Assembly (NCBI GenBank): GCA_040905425.1
Contig: JBBDRO010000057.1
Location: 7,011-32,099 of the forward strand
Length of the DNA: 25,089 nt
Origin: Gemmatimonadota bacterium
GTDB taxonomy: Bacteria > Gemmatimonadota > Gemmatimonadetes > Longimicrobiales > RSA9
Reading direction: 5' to 3'
Position 1 is the stretch's first letter; each line of letters begins with the position of its first letter. The notes beneath the pieces were generated by a model. It ran no database searches. It saw only the letters and a program-made list of their open reading frames with translations, and was not told the origin of the DNA. A program made the translations under genes and the position numbers. This document shows, one piece after another, positions 23,098 through 25,089 of the stretch.

Positions 23098-24699
23098 TTA
23101 TGGCCGCCGGCTTGATTCCTCGGCGCTGACCATGCGGGCCAGCTCCACGCGGCGCACCTTGCCGCTGCCGGTGTGGGGAAAGGACTCGAAGAAGCGCACG
23201 ATGTCCGGCACCTTGTAATCGGCCAGCGCGCTCCGGCACCAGTCCTTGATCTCCTCACCCGTCACGATGGCGCCCTCCACGGCCACGATGCAGGCGCACA
23301 CCGACTCGCCGAGCACCTCGTGGGGCAGCCCCACCACCACCACGTCCAGGACCGCCGGGTGCGCATGCAGGCGGTCCTCCACCTCGCGTGGGTAGACGTT
23401 GAACCCACCGCGGATGATGAGTTCCTTCCTGCGGCCCACGATGTGGAGGTAGCCCTCCTCGTCGATGAGCCCCAGATCTCCCGTGAGGAAGAAGCCGTCC
23501 TCGTCGAACGCCTGCGCCGTCTCCCCCGGCTGCCGGTAATACCCCTTCATGACGCCGGGGCCGCGCACCGCGATCTCCCCCAGGCTCTCCACCGGGAGGA
23601 TGCTGCCGTCCAGGTCCAGCACCCTGACATCCGTGCCCTCGACGGGCTTGCCCACGGTGAAGACCTGCTTCTCATTCGAATCGTCGGGGCGCGTCATGGC
23701 CACGGTCGAGCCGGTCTCGGTGAGCGAGTAGCCCACCAGCAGGTTCGGGCACAGCTCGGCGCGAATGCGCTTCACCAGTTCGTCCCCGATCGGGGCACCC
23801 GCCACCACGCCAACCCGGAGCGAGCCCAGGTCCCGCCGCAGCCGGTCCTCCTCACGCATCTCGGTGATGAACACCGTAGGCACCCCGTAGTGCACGCTCA
23901 CGCGGTGCCGCTCGATGAGCTCCAGCGCCTCCGCCGGCTGGAACTGCTCCTGGAGCACCAGGGTGGCGCCGGCCAGCAGCGTGCCGATGATGCCCGGTCC
24001 GAGGCCGAAGACGTGGAAGACCGTGGTCACACCAAAGACAATGTCATCCGCGGTGAGATCGATGGCGTCCGCCGTGCGCGCCGCCGTGCTCAGCAGGTTG
24101 CGATGCGTCAACGACACGCCCTTGGGCTTGCCCATGGTGCCGGACGTGTAGAGGATGGCAAAGACGTCTGCCTCCGGGTCCACATCCAGCTCCGGCAGCT
24201 CCCGGCCCTCCCCGCTCGACAGCAGGTCCTCGAACTGGTAGATGCGGTCGTCGTACCAGAGGTCCGCTTCCCCCACCGTGACCAGGAACTGCAGGTCGGG
24301 CAGCGAGGTGAGGAAGCCCTCGAAAAGCTGCAGGTAGTCTGTGTCGTTGAACGTCTCCGCGCTCACCACCACCGTGGCCTCGGAGTGCCGCAGCATGTAC
24401 TGCAGTTCCGGCACCGTGAAGAGCGGATTCAACGGCACGATCACGGCGCCCAGCCGGGCCGCCGCGAACATCGAGATGACGAACTCCGGCCAGTTGGGCA
24501 GGTCCAGCGCCACGCGATCGCCCGGTTCCACGCCCAGTTCGTGGAGCGCGGCGGCCAGTGCGTCGGCCCGCGCGGCGATCTGACCGTAGGTGAGGCGGCG
24601 GTCCCCATAGATGAGAAACGGCCGGTCGGGATGCTCCGCCGCCCGCTCTTCGAGAACCCTGCCTACCGATCGGCCAGCCGCGCGCTCCTCGAGCGCCAT
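23098..24699 (-). CDS. Long-chain fatty acid-CoA ligase / class I adenylate-forming enzyme
   Basis: AMP-binding motif ILYTSGTMGKPKGV, GYSLTET, GEIAVRGPGVMKGYY, TGDLG, GRRKELIIRGGFNVYPREVE, YKVP and GSGKV. GGAGG SD upstream. Confidence 0.93.
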   Translation of the reverse strand: MALEERAAGRSVGRVLEERAAEHPDRPFLIYGDRRLTYGQIAARADALAAALHELGVEPGDRVALDLPNWPEFVISMFAAARLGAVIVPLNPLFTVPELQYMLRHSEATVVVSAETFNDTDYLQLFEGFLTSLPDLQFLVTVGEADLWYDDRIYQFEDLLSSGEGRELPELDVDPEADVFAILYTSGTMGKPKGVSLTHRNLLSTAARTADAIDLTADDIVFGVTTVFHVFGLGPGIIGTLLAGATLVLQEQFQPAEALELIERHRVSVHYGVPTVFITEMREEDRLRRDLGSLRVGVVAGAPIGDELVKRIRAELCPNLLVGYSLTETGSTVAMTRPDDSNEKQVFTVGKPVEGTDVRVLDLDGSILPVESLGEIAVRGPGVMKGYYRQPGETAQAFDEDGFFLTGDLGLIDEEGYLHIVGRRKELIIRGGFNVYPREVEDRLHAHPAVLDVVVVGLPHEVLGESVCACIVAVEGAIVTGEEIKDWCRSALADYKVPDIVRFFESFPHTGSGKVRRVELARMVSAEESSRRP

Positions 24700-24770
24700 C
24701 AACCCTCCCTGCCGTCCGTGGCCGTCATGCGGCCGCCGAGGGCGAAACCGATTCCACCATCGAACGGGAG

Positions 24771-24799
24771 AACATAGCGGCGGCGCAGGGGGGCGTCAA
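24771..24799 (-). promoter_or_regulatory. Sigma70-type promoter for the acyl-CoA ligase
   Basis: TTGACG (24799-24794) - 17 nt - TATGTT (24776-24771). The -35 box overlaps the aroB stop codon. Confidence 0.65.
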
Positions 24800-25089
24800 A
24801 CGTCCGAGGCCTCACCAGATAACGCGTCCGCGCGCCATTTCAGCGCGGTTTGCAGGTGCTTTTCGTCGAGCTCCAGCGTCCAGCCGCCGTCCGTGGCCCG
24901 CGCCATCCGGCCGGCGGCGGCGGGCAGCGCGTAGCGGGCCCTGCCGCCCCGCCCCTTCTTGTCCGTGGCGGTGGCCGCCAGCACCGCGCCGGGGTCCGTA
25001 CCGGGCGGCGGCGCCCCCGGCAGCCCCAGGCGGGTGAGCAGGCGCGCCAGGCGGTCCGCCGTGCCCGGCTCCGTGTGGCCCGCGGCCTC
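24796..25089 (-). CDS. aroB: 3-dehydroquinate synthase, C-terminal part (5'-truncated by window edge)
   Basis: The frame is open from the window end: ...RLARLLTRLGLP...VLAATATDKKGRGGRARYALP..AG. The GLP and DKK motifs are typical of the AroB C-terminus. Confidence 0.8.
   Translation of the reverse strand, partial: EAAGHTEPGTADRLARLLTRLGLPGAPPPGTDPGAVLAATATDKKGRGGRARYALPAAAGRMARATDGGWTLELDEKHLQTALKWRADALSGEASDV

Noticed and set aside
20692..23115. 807-aa + strand ORF, and similar long ORFs at 1063-2685, 2315-4201, 5017-7170, 11764-13068, 18365-19702 and 23173-24777
   Set aside because: These are shadow ORFs antisense to or overlapping well-supported genes. They are expected from stop-codon scarcity at high GC and show no recognisable motifs.

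Overview
A very GC-rich bacterial chromosomal segment. The gene content and style (many beta-propeller lipoproteins, an Oar-type TonB receptor) suggest Gemmatimonadota, but this is inference only. The + strand carries a molybdenum-cofactor operon (partial fdhD, mobA, moeA), an ETF:quinone oxidoreductase, a lower-GC AAA_14/DUF4143 ATPase-nuclease gene with its own AT-rich promoter and a palindromic operator, the ABC-F ATPase uup, and an MntA/HepT toxin-antitoxin pair. The - strand carries a beta-propeller lipoprotein (5728-7017) and, read from the window end, partial aroB, an acyl-CoA ligase, an NYN-LOTUS-LOTUS-HhH protein coupled to mpg, a small Pro-rich ORF, an AlgE-like porin, a TonB receptor + TolB-like + NHL lipoprotein operon, etfB-etfA and a frameshifted lipoprotein pseudogene. 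The most notable observations are: (1) an NYN RNase with two LOTUS domains, RGG-rich disordered linkers and a RecD2-like HhH module, preceded by a multi-hairpin leader and translationally coupled to a DNA glycosylase; (2) a TonB receptor with a canonical EF-hand loop paired with non-SusD propeller lipoproteins; (3) an ETF-QO lacking the fourth Fe-S cysteine; (4) a diverged 44-bp copy of etfA that, together with etfA itself, brackets the TA module. No rRNA, tRNA, CRISPR array, integrase or transposase was seen.
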